A stretch of 64,000 bases of DNA. Origin: Gemmatimonadota bacterium. Its GTDB lineage: Bacteria > Gemmatimonadota > Gemmatimonadetes > Gemmatimonadales > GWC2-71-9. Where the stretch lies: assembly GCA_031400975.1 (NCBI GenBank), contig JANNQX010000269.1, positions 10,687-74,686 on the forward strand. The letters are read 5' to 3'. Shown here piece after piece: positions 7,653 to 15,862 of the stretch; positions within the stretch are counted from its first letter, which is position 1, and each line of letters opens with the position of its first letter. Under the pieces are notes generated by a model that was given only the letters and a program-made list of their open reading frames with translations, had not been told where the DNA came from and made no database searches. A program made the position numbers and the translations under genes.

Positions 7653-8503
7653 CGGCCAAGTCCCCGATCGGCGGCCAGCAATTCGAGGTGGACCCCGGAC
7701 GTCCATTCTGGGGCGACCAAGATGGAATGGCCCCCAAATCGGCGAAACGGGACGCCCTCGGTGTTGAGGCAGCGCTTGGCGGCGTCGAGGTCGTGAACCG
7801 CGACCGTAAAGCCGAGGGGCACTATCACGGTCGGGTCGGGCACCGCGGCGGCCCCGAGGCGGGCGGTCGCGTAGGTCGGGCCAACCAATATGAGTTGGGT
7901 CCGACCCAGTGAAAGCGCCACCCCGCCTGGGTGGGGGTGGATCCGAGCCCGGCCGAGAAGCCGTTCGTACCCGACAGCCGCCGTCTCGGGATCGGGATGG
8001 AGGACCGTCATTCCGGCGATGCCGAAGGCGGTGTTTGGGTGCCGTTGCCACTCCGGACGCCAAACGAACTCCCGGGTGTGTTGCTGGCAGAAGAAAGCCG
8101 GGAGGGCCGGGCTGGCCTCCGGTGGCAGGTGGGCAACCGTGAATCGGGCCTCAACGAACCCGGTGGCCAGTCCGACCGGCCGGGCAAAGTCGACCACGGG
8201 TGGCAAGTCGAGTCCTCGATCGATTAGCGTATCCCTCGCACCCCGGGCGTCTGCGGTGCCCAAGGCCATGCCCGCAAAGCCCTCTCGACGGTCCAGCGTC
8301 GTGGCCCATCGGTCATTTGCTGGCGACCGTTCGAGAACCGAAAGCAGCTCGAAATAGTCGTGCCCGAGCATGATTGTATGGTTGGCCGTCCCGAGCGTCG
8401 GGTGGCCACCTCGAGGCGTCAACCTGAAGCCAAGCCGAGCGTACTGCTGCTCGGCCAAGTCAAGGTTGCGGACCAGCACGATGGTATGGTCAAGAAAGAT
8501 CAT
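7649..8503 (-). CDS. VOC/glyoxalase-like domain protein
   Basis: Trimmed to ATG 8503 (MIFLDHTIVLVRNLDLAEQQYARLGFRLTPRGGHPTLGTANHTIML). Its stop overlaps the ADH start by 4 nt. Confidence 0.7.
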   Translation of the reverse strand: MIFLDHTIVLVRNLDLAEQQYARLGFRLTPRGGHPTLGTANHTIMLGHDYFELLSVLERSPANDRWATTLDRREGFAGMALGTADARGARDTLIDRGLDLPPVVDFARPVGLATGFVEARFTVAHLPPEASPALPAFFCQQHTREFVWRPEWQRHPNTAFGIAGMTVLHPDPETAAVGYERLLGRARIHPHPGGVALSLGRTQLILVGPTYATARLGAAAVPDPTVIVPLGFTVAVHDLDAAKRCLNTEGVPFRRFGGHSILVAPEWTSGVHLELLAADRGLGR

Positions 8504-8608
8504 CTGGGTCTTCGATCGTCGGTCGCCGAATCTACTGAGCGGCCGGTCCCGAAACAACGCGTCGGCAACCCGGCTACTTTCAATCCGGTCATCTCCCTGG
8601 AGCCTTCC

Positions 8609-8971
8609 GTGCCGGCACGTCTCGCCAATCCCAACAAGATCAGCCACCACCTGACGACGACCGCATTCTCGCTCGCGGGCTACCAGATTACCGAGACCCT
8701 CGGCGTGGTACTCGGCATCACGGTCCGATCCCGCTCGATTTTCGGCCTCATCGGGGCCACCTTCGAAACCCTTCGCGGAGGCCGCATCAACCGGTTCGTC
8801 GAACTATGCGAACGAGCTCGAGGCGAAGCTTTCGAGCTGATGCTCCAGCACGCCGAGCAATCCGGCGGCAACGCAGTCATCGCGATCAATTACGACGCCA
8901 CCGAAGTGATGCAAGGGGTGAGCGAAGTGCTCTGCTACGGCACCGCGGTCATCGTCGAACCCCTCCCATAA
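8609..8971 (+). CDS. YbjQ/UPF0145 family protein
   Basis: TTTAFSLAGYQITETLGVVLGITVRSRSIFG...GGRINRFVELCERARGEAFELMLQHAEQSGGNAVIAINYD...GTAVIV aligns with E. coli YbjQ. There is no ATG near the homology start. GTG 8609 has a GGAG RBS 6 nt upstream, so the start is uncertain. Confidence 0.7.
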   Translation: MPARLANPNKISHHLTTTAFSLAGYQITETLGVVLGITVRSRSIFGLIGATFETLRGGRINRFVELCERARGEAFELMLQHAEQSGGNAVIAINYDATEVMQGVSEVLCYGTAVIVEPLP

Positions 8972-8972
8972 C

Positions 8973-9042
8973 CCGAGTGCCGAGCGCCGAGCGCCGAGCG
9001 CCGAGCGCCGAGCGCCGAGCGCCGAGCGCCGAGTGCCGAATG
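8973..9042 (+). repeat. heptanucleotide tandem repeat (CCGAGNN)x10, intergenic
   Basis: Read directly: CCGAGTG, CCGAGCG x6, CCGAGTG, CCGAATG, CCGAGCA. It begins 2 nt after the ybjQ-like stop and lies about 90 nt upstream of comM. Confidence 0.95.
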
Positions 9043-9132
9043 CCGAGCATTCCGCCTAGTCTCGCGTTTATTCGGTTAGCACCCAGGGCGCCCGGCGGGT
9101 AAGCTCTGTGGTGCCTACCCACGGAGTGGTTC

Positions 9133-10704
9133 GTGCTCGCCAAAGTTCGCTCGGCCGCCATAATTGGGATCGATGCCTATCCAGTCGATGTCGAAATTGA
9201 TCTGGCCAATGGGTTGCCTTCGTTTTCGACAGTCGGTCTTCCTCACGGGGCTGTCAAGGAGGCTCGGGAACGGGTGTCGGCGGCGCTCACAAATTCCGGG
9301 TTTGAATTTCCACTCAAGCGGATCACCGCTAACCTCGCCCCAGCCGATGTGCCCAAGGCGGGCTCCGCATTCGATCTGCCAATCGCCCTCGGGGTCTTGA
9401 CGGCCAGCGGACAGTTGTCGATTCCTGGGCTCGCCGATGGCTTTGTCTTTGGGGAGCTCGGATTGGAAGGCAGCCTTCGTCCGCTCCGGGGCGCCCTCTC
9501 GCTGGTGAGCTGTGCGAAGGCGCTCGGCGCCCGATGGGTACTGGTCCCACTGGCAAATCGGGCGGAAGCCACGGCGGTTGAGGGCCTCGAGGTTCTAGCT
9601 GCCGAGTCGCTCCGGGCGATCGCGAATCACTTTCAGGGGCGCCAGCGCCTCCCGGTGGGATCGAACCCACCGGCTTCCACCAGCGAGTCAAATGACTCGG
9701 TGGATTTCGCGGAGGTCCGAGGGCAGTTCGTCGCCAAACGGGCGCTCGAAGTGGCGGCGGCAGGGGGTCACAACCTGTTGATGGTGGGTCCCCCCGGCAG
9801 TGGCAAGACCATGTTGGCTCGGCGGCTCGCCACCATTTTGCCAAACATGTCAGCCGCCGAAGCCATCGAGGTAACCAAGGTCCACAGCGTCGCGGGGCTC
9901 TGCGGGACCGATAGCGGTCTGCGGGCAAGGCGGCCGTTTCGGGCGCCTCATCACACCGTGAGTGACGCCGGAATGACGGGCGGCGGCGCCCACTCCCGCC
10001 CCGGCGAGGTGAGTTTAGCCCACCACGGGGTCCTATTTCTCGACGAACTGCCCGAGTTCCGCCGGAACGTTCTCGACACCCTTCGTCAGCCTCTCGAAGA
10101 CGGCATCGTCACGATCGCCCGTGCCCAGCTGACCGTGACCTACCCGGCCCGAATCATGTTGATTGCCGCCATGAACCCGTGTCCCTGCGGATACTACGGC
10201 GATCCGACCCGGGAATGCCAGTGCACGGCCCTCGTTCGTCGTCGATATCGAAGCCGAGTCTCCGGTCCGCTGTACGACCGGATCGACCTCCAGTGCCAAG
10301 TGCCCGGGGTTTCGTGGTCGGACCTGGCCGGAGCCGAGCCTGGCGAATCGAGCGCGGTGATGGCCGCGAGGGTCAGCCGGGCTCGGGAAAGGCAACAGCA
10401 GCGGCTCTCGGGACACCCCACCGCGACCGTGAACGCCCACCTGTCCGGCCGGGAGGTCGAGCGGTGGTGCGCCCCTGATGGGGCCGGCCGAAGGCTCCTC
10501 GGCCTCGCCATGGCGCGACTGGGCTTGTCAGCGCGAGCCTACGCGAGAGTCCTGAAGGTGGCTCGGACCGTGGCGGATCTGGCCGGAGACGACCGGGTGG
10601 GGGCTCTGCATGTCGCCGAGGCGGTTCAATACCGGGGCCTCGATCGAGCTATTGGGGGACTGCCAGGTCCACCACCAGCCGGAGCCGGTATGCCTCAGGG
10701 CTGA
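9133..10704 (+). CDS. comM: YifB/ComM family Mg-chelatase-like AAA+ ATPase
   Basis: N-terminal Lon-like domain (AIIGIDAYPVDVEIDLANGLPSFSTVGLP), Walker A MVGPPGSGKTM, GVLFLDELPEF, a CPCGY...C.C zinc ribbon and a C-terminal YARVLKVARTVADL helix. GTG start with GGAG RBS. Confidence 0.92.
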   Translation: MLAKVRSAAIIGIDAYPVDVEIDLANGLPSFSTVGLPHGAVKEARERVSAALTNSGFEFPLKRITANLAPADVPKAGSAFDLPIALGVLTASGQLSIPGLADGFVFGELGLEGSLRPLRGALSLVSCAKALGARWVLVPLANRAEATAVEGLEVLAAESLRAIANHFQGRQRLPVGSNPPASTSESNDSVDFAEVRGQFVAKRALEVAAAGGHNLLMVGPPGSGKTMLARRLATILPNMSAAEAIEVTKVHSVAGLCGTDSGLRARRPFRAPHHTVSDAGMTGGGAHSRPGEVSLAHHGVLFLDELPEFRRNVLDTLRQPLEDGIVTIARAQLTVTYPARIMLIAAMNPCPCGYYGDPTRECQCTALVRRRYRSRVSGPLYDRIDLQCQVPGVSWSDLAGAEPGESSAVMAARVSRARERQQQRLSGHPTATVNAHLSGREVERWCAPDGAGRRLLGLAMARLGLSARAYARVLKVARTVADLAGDDRVGALHVAEAVQYRGLDRAIGGLPGPPPAGAGMPQG

Positions 10705-11053
10705 TCGGCTGCGAGCGTGAGGTGTTGGGGCGGAGGTCCACGATAGTGATCGAATAACGGCCATCGTTCCAGGTCGTGGGTAGCGCCGATTGGATCAGGA
10801 TCGGGCCTCGGGCCGAGGCTCCGAACAACTCCAGTTCAATCCCGGCCAGGCCTTCGACCACGCAGACGACATCGATTGGACAACGAGTGTCGCTGGCGAC
10901 CCGCCGAAAGCCGACGGTCAGGTCGGCGCCAATGACCCGAGCGCTTTGGTTCGGGGTGAGCTCAAACTCCTCGCCGAGGGGCACCTCGGTCGGGTCGATG
11001 CCGAGGCATCCCCCCGCCAACCCCGCCAAGACGATCCAGGTCCACCGTTTCAT
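10649..11053 (-). CDS. hypothetical lipoprotein
   Basis: Signal peptide plus lipobox MKRWTWIVLAGLAGGC. 134 aa. Its 3' end converges on and overlaps the comM 3' end. No family recognised. Confidence 0.55.
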   Translation of the reverse strand: MKRWTWIVLAGLAGGCLGIDPTEVPLGEEFELTPNQSARVIGADLTVGFRRVASDTRCPIDVVCVVEGLAGIELELFGASARGPILIQSALPTTWNDGRYSITIVDLRPNTSRSQPISPEAYRLRLVVDLAVPQ

Positions 11054-11230
11054 GGTCAGTCATACCTCCGCCGATCCGTTCGGCAACACTCGTACCACCC
11101 GGGTCCGGTGCTAAGTCGTGAAAACACCCCCCTCAGGATTGGGCGGGGGCATGAGTGTGGCGGAATGACGCGCGGAAGCGACACGGTTAGGCGCGGGGGG
11201 AGGGTGGAACGCGTGAGTGAAATCCGACCG

Positions 11231-11746
11231 CTAGGTGCCCGGGAACACCTGCCGAAGGTGGGTCAACACTTCGAATTCGAACCGGCCGGTTGTCGCGCAG
11301 GCGACCCGCTCGCTCCGGCCCCCTGGGACGTCGACCGCCTCGGCGTTGAGGTTGAGTTGGAGCCGGGCGCCCTTGGCCGCCGGGGTAACCCGGGCGCCGA
11401 GGTTCAAGAACACATGCCAAAGGTCGGCGTTAGGCCCCCCGAGACCCTCGCCGCAGGTTAGGTACAGGGAGATCGGCCGCTTCCCAAGGCGGCGGATCAG
11501 CCGAAGGCGCTTGACGCCGATTTCCCGCCCGGCTTGATCCTCGTCTTTCATCGCCAAGTTCCGGTCGGCGAAAATCGCTTTGAGGACACCGTAGACACTG
11601 TCGGCCGGGCCGGCAACGACTCCGGTCATTGAGCCTACGTCACGCTCGAACGTAAAGGTCCCCCAATCGGTCAAGAGTTTCTCTTGACCAAACGCGGGGC
11701 CGGCGACAGTCAGGAAGAGGCCGACGAGCCAACGGGCGCTTTGCAT
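11231..11746 (-). CDS. hypothetical secreted protein
   Basis: Signal peptide MQSARWLVGLFLTVAGPAFGQ. 171 aa with non-low-complexity composition. No family recognised. Confidence 0.55.
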   Translation of the reverse strand: MQSARWLVGLFLTVAGPAFGQEKLLTDWGTFTFERDVGSMTGVVAGPADSVYGVLKAIFADRNLAMKDEDQAGREIGVKRLRLIRRLGKRPISLYLTCGEGLGGPNADLWHVFLNLGARVTPAAKGARLQLNLNAEAVDVPGGRSERVACATTGRFEFEVLTHLRQVFPGT

Positions 11747-11776
11747 GGGATCCTCGTTCAGGTTTGCGAGCGGGAT

Positions 11777-11791
11777 CTGGTAATATTACAG
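11777..11791. promoter_or_regulatory. AT-rich palindrome CTGGTAATATTACAG upstream of the DUF457/YdjM-like gene (operator and/or -10 element)
   Basis: Perfect 10-bp palindrome GTAATATTAC (11780-11789) flanked by CTG...CAG, 25 nt upstream of GTG 11816. It contains a TAATAT -10-like hexamer. Confidence 0.4.
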
Positions 11792-11815
11792 CCTCGCGCA
11801 CTTGAGGAGAATCTG

Positions 11816-12760
11816 GTGGACCCGATCTGTCATACTCTGGTTGGGGCGGCCCTCTCGAAGGGCGGCCTCGATCGATGGAGTCCCCGGGCGACGGCGGTCT
11901 TGATCATCGCCGCGAACGCCCCCGACCTCGACTTTGTTGCCACATTTGTTGGGCGCAACTTGGCTTGGCGGCGAGGGATCACTCATGGGGTTCCGGCCCT
12001 TTTGATATGGCCCTTCGTCATTGCCGCCCTGGCCATGGCGTTCGATCGGTGGCGACATCCGGCGGCCCCGGCCCGGGCTCGCTTCGGACCGCTCGTCGTT
12101 ATCTCGGCGATCGGCGTGATCACCCATCCCTTTCTCGACTACCTGAACAACTACGGAATGCGCTGGCTGATGCCGATCCGGAATCAATGGTTCTACGGCG
12201 ACAGTCTCTTCATCGTGGACCCGTGGCTTTATCTCATCCTCGGACTTGGGTTGTGGTTCGCCCGCCGGAACCATCGGACCGGGCAGCCCGACCCCCGCCG
12301 GCCGGTCCGGGTGGCCCTGGCTTTGGCGGCCATCTATGTCGGATTGATGATCGCCGGGACGGCGGCGGGCCGAGTGCTGGCTCTGCGGACGTTAGGCAGG
12401 GCCGATCCGGCTCGGGTGATGGTGACCGCGATGCCGGTGACGCCATTCCGAAGGCAGCTGATCGCCGACGGCGGCGGGGACTTCCAGGTCGGCACGGTCG
12501 ATTTACTCCGGCGGCGAGTTCAAATTGACTCGGTCATCCCGCGAAGCCCCCGCCATGAGGAAGCCGTGGTGGCGTTGCGGCGGACCGCGGTGGGACGGGG
12601 CCTCATCGCCTGGTCGCGGTTTCCCGTGGTCCGCCGCCTCGAGGATGGCGGGCTCCGATTCTTCGACCTCCGGTACAGTGATGGCCGGCTTCCGTCTTGG
12701 GCCAGTCTTGACGTCAGCCCTCAGGGGGACGTGATCGCAGCGTCTTCAGGGTCGCATTGA
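11816..12760 (+). CDS. membrane-bound metal-dependent hydrolase (DUF457, YdjM/YbcI-like)
   Basis: Trimmed to GTG 11816 (VDPICHTLVGAALSKGGL...IIAANAPDLDFV...ITHPFLDYLNNYGMRWLMP). GAGGAG RBS 6 nt upstream. Confidence 0.75.
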   Translation: MDPICHTLVGAALSKGGLDRWSPRATAVLIIAANAPDLDFVATFVGRNLAWRRGITHGVPALLIWPFVIAALAMAFDRWRHPAAPARARFGPLVVISAIGVITHPFLDYLNNYGMRWLMPIRNQWFYGDSLFIVDPWLYLILGLGLWFARRNHRTGQPDPRRPVRVALALAAIYVGLMIAGTAAGRVLALRTLGRADPARVMVTAMPVTPFRRQLIADGGGDFQVGTVDLLRRRVQIDSVIPRSPRHEEAVVALRRTAVGRGLIAWSRFPVVRRLEDGGLRFFDLRYSDGRLPSWASLDVSPQGDVIAASSGSH

Positions 12761-13658
12761 GCCATCGAGCCGCCAGTCGCGAGGCCCGTTCGGCTTCGTC
12801 GAGGGATGACCACGCAAAGCGAACTGACGCCCCCGGTGGTAATTGAGCGAACCGGGCCAAGTCGGCACTGATCACGGCGCCAATCTTGGGGTACCCTCCG
12901 ACGGTTGGCCCGTCCCGGAGGAGAACGATCGGTTGTCCGTCGTCCGGGACCTGGATCGCCCCGAGGCAGGTGGCTTCGGACGGAAGGGTGGCCATCATCC
13001 GGACCGCCAGGGGCTGCCCCTGGAGTCGACTCCCCATTCGGTCTGAGTGGGCCCCAATCCGATAGGTCGTGCCGGCGAGCGCGGCAAAGGCTTCGTCGCC
13101 AAAGAGATGGCCTTGCGGGCCAGGGGCTAGTCGAATGGGTCCATCCCCAAGCGAGGGCCAAGTCACCGAGGTACCATCCGATGGAACCGCCTTGAGGTCG
13201 GGGCCGCAGTCGAGCCGGTCGCCGGCGGCCAGTCGCCGCCCGTTGAACCCTCCCATCGCGGTCGGGAGGTATGTCGATCGGCTCCCGAGAACGGGGGCGA
13301 CGTCGATTCCTCCCCGGATCGTGACCAGGGCAAATCGGCCGGCGGCCGCTGACGACACCGCGAGGCGGCTCCCGCTGGGCACGCCCAAGGTCGTGTTGGT
13401 CGGCCGGTCGAGGCCCTCGAGCCGGACGGTTGCCGCACCAACGACCGCCACGACCGTCGCAGCGGTGAACTCGATCGTCAGCTCGCCTTGGGCAATTTCG
13501 AGCCCGGCGGCATCGTCCAGGTTGCCGACCAAGGCGTTGCCGATCCGCAATCCATCGGGGTCCATGGCCCCGCCTGGCGGGAGTCCGATCCGCCGTCGGC
13601 CGCTCCACCCGAGGTCTTGAACCGAGACCAGCCCGGTGGCCCGAAACACCACGACCAC
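12714..13658 (-). CDS. pxpC: 5-oxoprolinase subunit C (allophanate hydrolase subunit 2-like / KipA)
   Basis: GLVSVQDLGWSGRRRIGLPPGGAMDPDGLRIGNALVGN...GAIQVPDDGQPIVLLRDGPTVGGYPKIGAVISADL is typical of the PxpC/KipA family. Confidence 0.88.
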   Translation of the reverse strand: MVVVFRATGLVSVQDLGWSGRRRIGLPPGGAMDPDGLRIGNALVGNLDDAAGLEIAQGELTIEFTAATVVAVVGAATVRLEGLDRPTNTTLGVPSGSRLAVSSAAAGRFALVTIRGGIDVAPVLGSRSTYLPTAMGGFNGRRLAAGDRLDCGPDLKAVPSDGTSVTWPSLGDGPIRLAPGPQGHLFGDEAFAALAGTTYRIGAHSDRMGSRLQGQPLAVRMMATLPSEATCLGAIQVPDDGQPIVLLRDGPTVGGYPKIGAVISADLARFAQLPPGASVRFAWSSLDEAERASRLAARWLNATLKTLRSRPPEG

Positions 13659-13659
13659 T

Positions 13660-14310
13660 CTAAGTCGCCACGGTAAACCGGACCCGGTCGCCGACGGCGA
13701 GTAGGGCCGGCGGTTCGCGGAATGGGTCGAACAGCACTGCGGTAGTCCGACCGATCAGGTGCCAGCCACCGGGGGTTTCAGCCGGGTACACGCCGGTTTG
13801 GGCCCCCGCGATGGCGACGGATCCGGCGGGAACCCGGGTTCGTGGCGATCCGCGGCGGGGGAGCACGAGCGCCGGGTCGATCGGGCCGAGATAGGCGAAA
13901 CCGGGGACGAAGCCGAGTAACCCCACCCGGTACTCGACCCCTGAATGCCGAGCAATCACCTCGGTCTCCGAGATGCCGGCCGTGGCCGCAACCGAGGCGA
14001 GGTCAGGGCCGTCGTAGTGAACGGGAATCCGGACCAGTGGAGTAGGGTGGAGGACTTCCAGCCGTACTGGTCGGGCGGAAACCAGTGCCAGATCATCGGC
14101 GAGTTGGCGGAACGTGGTGACGTGGGGATCGAAGTGGACCGTCAACGTGGTGTAGCCGGGGACGAGTTCGAGGAGGCCGTGGGGCGGTCGGGCCGCGATG
14201 CCGGCCTCGAGGTTCGCGACGGCCGCCGATGCTTGGGCCGAAATCGAGGTGCTGAACGTAATGGTCAGGGCGGCGTCGCCGAGCGGCGCAATCCGGGGGA
14301 GCTCGGTCAC
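13660..14310 (-). CDS. pxpB: 5-oxoprolinase subunit B (allophanate hydrolase subunit 1-like / KipI)
   Basis: IAPLGDAALTITF...LVPGYTTLTVHFDP...YRVGLLGFVPGFAYLG...RVPAGSVAIAGAQTGVYP is typical of PxpB/KipI. Confidence 0.88.
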   Translation of the reverse strand: MTELPRIAPLGDAALTITFSTSISAQASAAVANLEAGIAARPPHGLLELVPGYTTLTVHFDPHVTTFRQLADDLALVSARPVRLEVLHPTPLVRIPVHYDGPDLASVAATAGISETEVIARHSGVEYRVGLLGFVPGFAYLGPIDPALVLPRRGSPRTRVPAGSVAIAGAQTGVYPAETPGGWHLIGRTTAVLFDPFREPPALLAVGDRVRFTVAT

Positions 14311-15068
14311 CGGGCGAACGGCGCGATCTCGATGCCGATCGACTCGAGCTTTTCGCGCAAGGAACGGACGATGGCCACGGCGTGGGGTCCGTCGCCATGG
14401 ACACAGAGCGAATCGGGGCGAACAATCCGGCGGGTGCCGTCGATGGCGATGACGAACCGCTCGGTCACCATCCGGACGGCGCGTTCCACGATCAGGGCGA
14501 CGTCGTCAAGCACGGCCCCAGGTTCCCCCCGAGGGACCAACTGACCGTTGGCGAGATAGGCCCGATCCACGAACGCTTCACGAGCGACCTCGAGGCCTCC
14601 GGCCTGGGCCTCGGTCAACATCAACGTTCCCTCAAGTCCGAGGAGCATCAGGCTGGGGTCCACACTCCGAATGGCCCGGACGATCGCCCCCGCGATCGAG
14701 GCGTCCTTGGCGGCGCGGTTGTAGAGGGCGCCGTGGGGCTTGACGTACCGGAGGGCGGTGCCGTGTCCGACACAGAAGGCGGCCAGCGCGCCAATCTGGT
14801 AGACGACGTCGGCTTCGACTTCGGCGGGTGTCGCTCCCAGTTCCCGGCGCCCAAATCCGACCAGATCGGGATACGACGGATGAGCCCCGACCACGACGCG
14901 CCGGGCGGCGGCCCGCGAAACGGTTTCTCGCATCACCAGTGGATCGCCGGCGTGGAAACCGCAGGCAATGTTGGCGGAGCTAACCAAGTCGAGAAGCTCA
15001 GCGTCGCCCTCGAGATGATAGCGGCCGAACCCTTCGCCAAGGTCCGCGTTCAGGTCAATCGAGGTCAC
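14307..15068 (-). CDS. pxpA: 5-oxoprolinase subunit A (LamB/YcsF family)
   Basis: Trimmed to GTG 15068 (VTSIDLNADLGEGFG...SSANIACGFHAGDP...VGAHPSYPDLVGFGRR...VKPHGALYN). Confidence 0.9.
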   Translation of the reverse strand: MTSIDLNADLGEGFGRYHLEGDAELLDLVSSANIACGFHAGDPLVMRETVSRAAARRVVVGAHPSYPDLVGFGRRELGATPAEVEADVVYQIGALAAFCVGHGTALRYVKPHGALYNRAAKDASIAGAIVRAIRSVDPSLMLLGLEGTLMLTEAQAGGLEVAREAFVDRAYLANGQLVPRGEPGAVLDDVALIVERAVRMVTERFVIAIDGTRRIVRPDSLCVHGDGPHAVAIVRSLREKLESIGIEIAPFAR

Positions 15069-15748
15069 GTGGTGTCCGAGGGAACCGACCGTACGATCTT
15101 GAAGGCAAAGTTTTGCTGGACCCACTGGCGGACCCGCTGGGAGGCCTGGACCGCGGGCTGAAATCGCATCACAGCCAAGGCCTCTTTCACGGACGCCGCA
15201 AATTCCTCATGGGTGGTCCGAACCACCTGGATTGTGGAGATATCCACCCGGCCGCTCGTATCGACGACATAGTGCACGAAGGTACTGCCCTCGAGGTGAT
15301 TCGCCAGGAGGGCGGCCGGATAGACCGGGGCGCTGCTGTTTGGATCGCGGACGACGGCGGAGTCAACTTCGATTTCACTCAGCGCGGTCTCCTCGATGAC
15401 GACGGGTGCCGAGGGTTCGGCGGCCGGGCTGGTCTCCTCCGGTTGGCCGGCGGTCCCGATCGGGAGGGCTTGTTCCGGCTGGTCCGGTCGGGGGATCGGT
15501 TCCTCGGTCGCACCGGCGGTGCCCACCAAGGGGGACCAGTCGATGGCGCTGCCGGGTGTTCGACGGCCGAGATCGCGGTCCGGCGGGACCAGAAACACCA
15601 CCAGTTGTTCGAACGGGGAAGGCCGGTTGTCCACCTGGGCCGGGCCGGTGGCGACCAGGATGACGATTGCGCCATGGAGGATCAAGCTGGCCACGGCGCC
15701 GACATTGAAAACTCGGGGCCGGGCTGGTAGCAAATCGAAACGGGCCAC
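15065..15748 (-). CDS. energy transducer TonB family protein
   Basis: GTG 15748 is preceded by AAGGAG plus 6 nt. TM (VGAVASLILHGAIVILV), a Pro-rich linker, and a TonB C-terminal domain (PVYPAALLANHLEGSTFVHYVVDTSGRVDISTIQVVRTTHEEFAASVKEALAVMRFQPA). Its stop overlaps the pxpA start (GTGA). Confidence 0.8.
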   Translation of the reverse strand: MARFDLLPARPRVFNVGAVASLILHGAIVILVATGPAQVDNRPSPFEQLVVFLVPPDRDLGRRTPGSAIDWSPLVGTAGATEEPIPRPDQPEQALPIGTAGQPEETSPAAEPSAPVVIEETALSEIEVDSAVVRDPNSSAPVYPAALLANHLEGSTFVHYVVDTSGRVDISTIQVVRTTHEEFAASVKEALAVMRFQPAVQASQRVRQWVQQNFAFKIVRSVPSDTT

Positions 15749-15822
15749 GGGGCGCTCCTTACCAATAAACACTAGGGCTAGAAGCCGGACGCTGGCAAGG
15801 GATGGCGGGTTTCACAAAATCA

Positions 15823-15857
15823 TTTTATTTGACAAATAAAACTAATATTGATAGATT
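15823..15857 (+). promoter_or_regulatory. sigma-70-type promoter of the MarR gene with overlapping 19-bp perfect palindrome (putative MarR operator)
   Basis: TTGACA 15829-15834, 17-nt spacer, TAGATT 15852-15857. The palindrome TTTTATTTG-A-CAAATAAAA at 15823-15841 covers the -35. This is the most AT-rich stretch in this part of the window. Confidence 0.55.
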
Positions 15858-15862
15858 GCAAG

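Noticed and set aside
7653-8063. N-terminal extension that makes the alcohol-dehydrogenase ORF 501 aa. Similar extensions occur on many other track ORFs, for example 8360-8608, 17492-17626, 19430-19615, 28764-28970 and 45563-45970.
   Set aside because: The extensions are Arg/Pro-rich, overlap the neighbouring real gene, and start before the point where family homology begins. Internal starts with RBS or start/stop overlaps fit better.
6558-8503. Zn-ADH and glyoxalase-like pair (4-nt overlap) as a specialised detoxification system.
   Set aside because: Both are very common, broad families. Nothing in the sequence distinguishes the pair from ordinary metabolic genes.
8973-9042. Possible CRISPR array.
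   Set aside because: The units are 7 nt, contiguous and lack spacers. No cas genes are in the window. It is a microsatellite.
8806-9102. A 98-aa ORF translating the heptamer array as PSAERRA repeats.
   Set aside because: It is a translation artefact of the tandem repeat. It is out of frame with ybjQ, has no RBS and has no non-repeat domain.
11270-11281. Perfect 12-bp palindrome TTCGAATTCGAA.
   Set aside because: It lies inside a CDS (encoding RFEFEV on the minus strand), is isolated, and has no partner sites or adjacent promoter.
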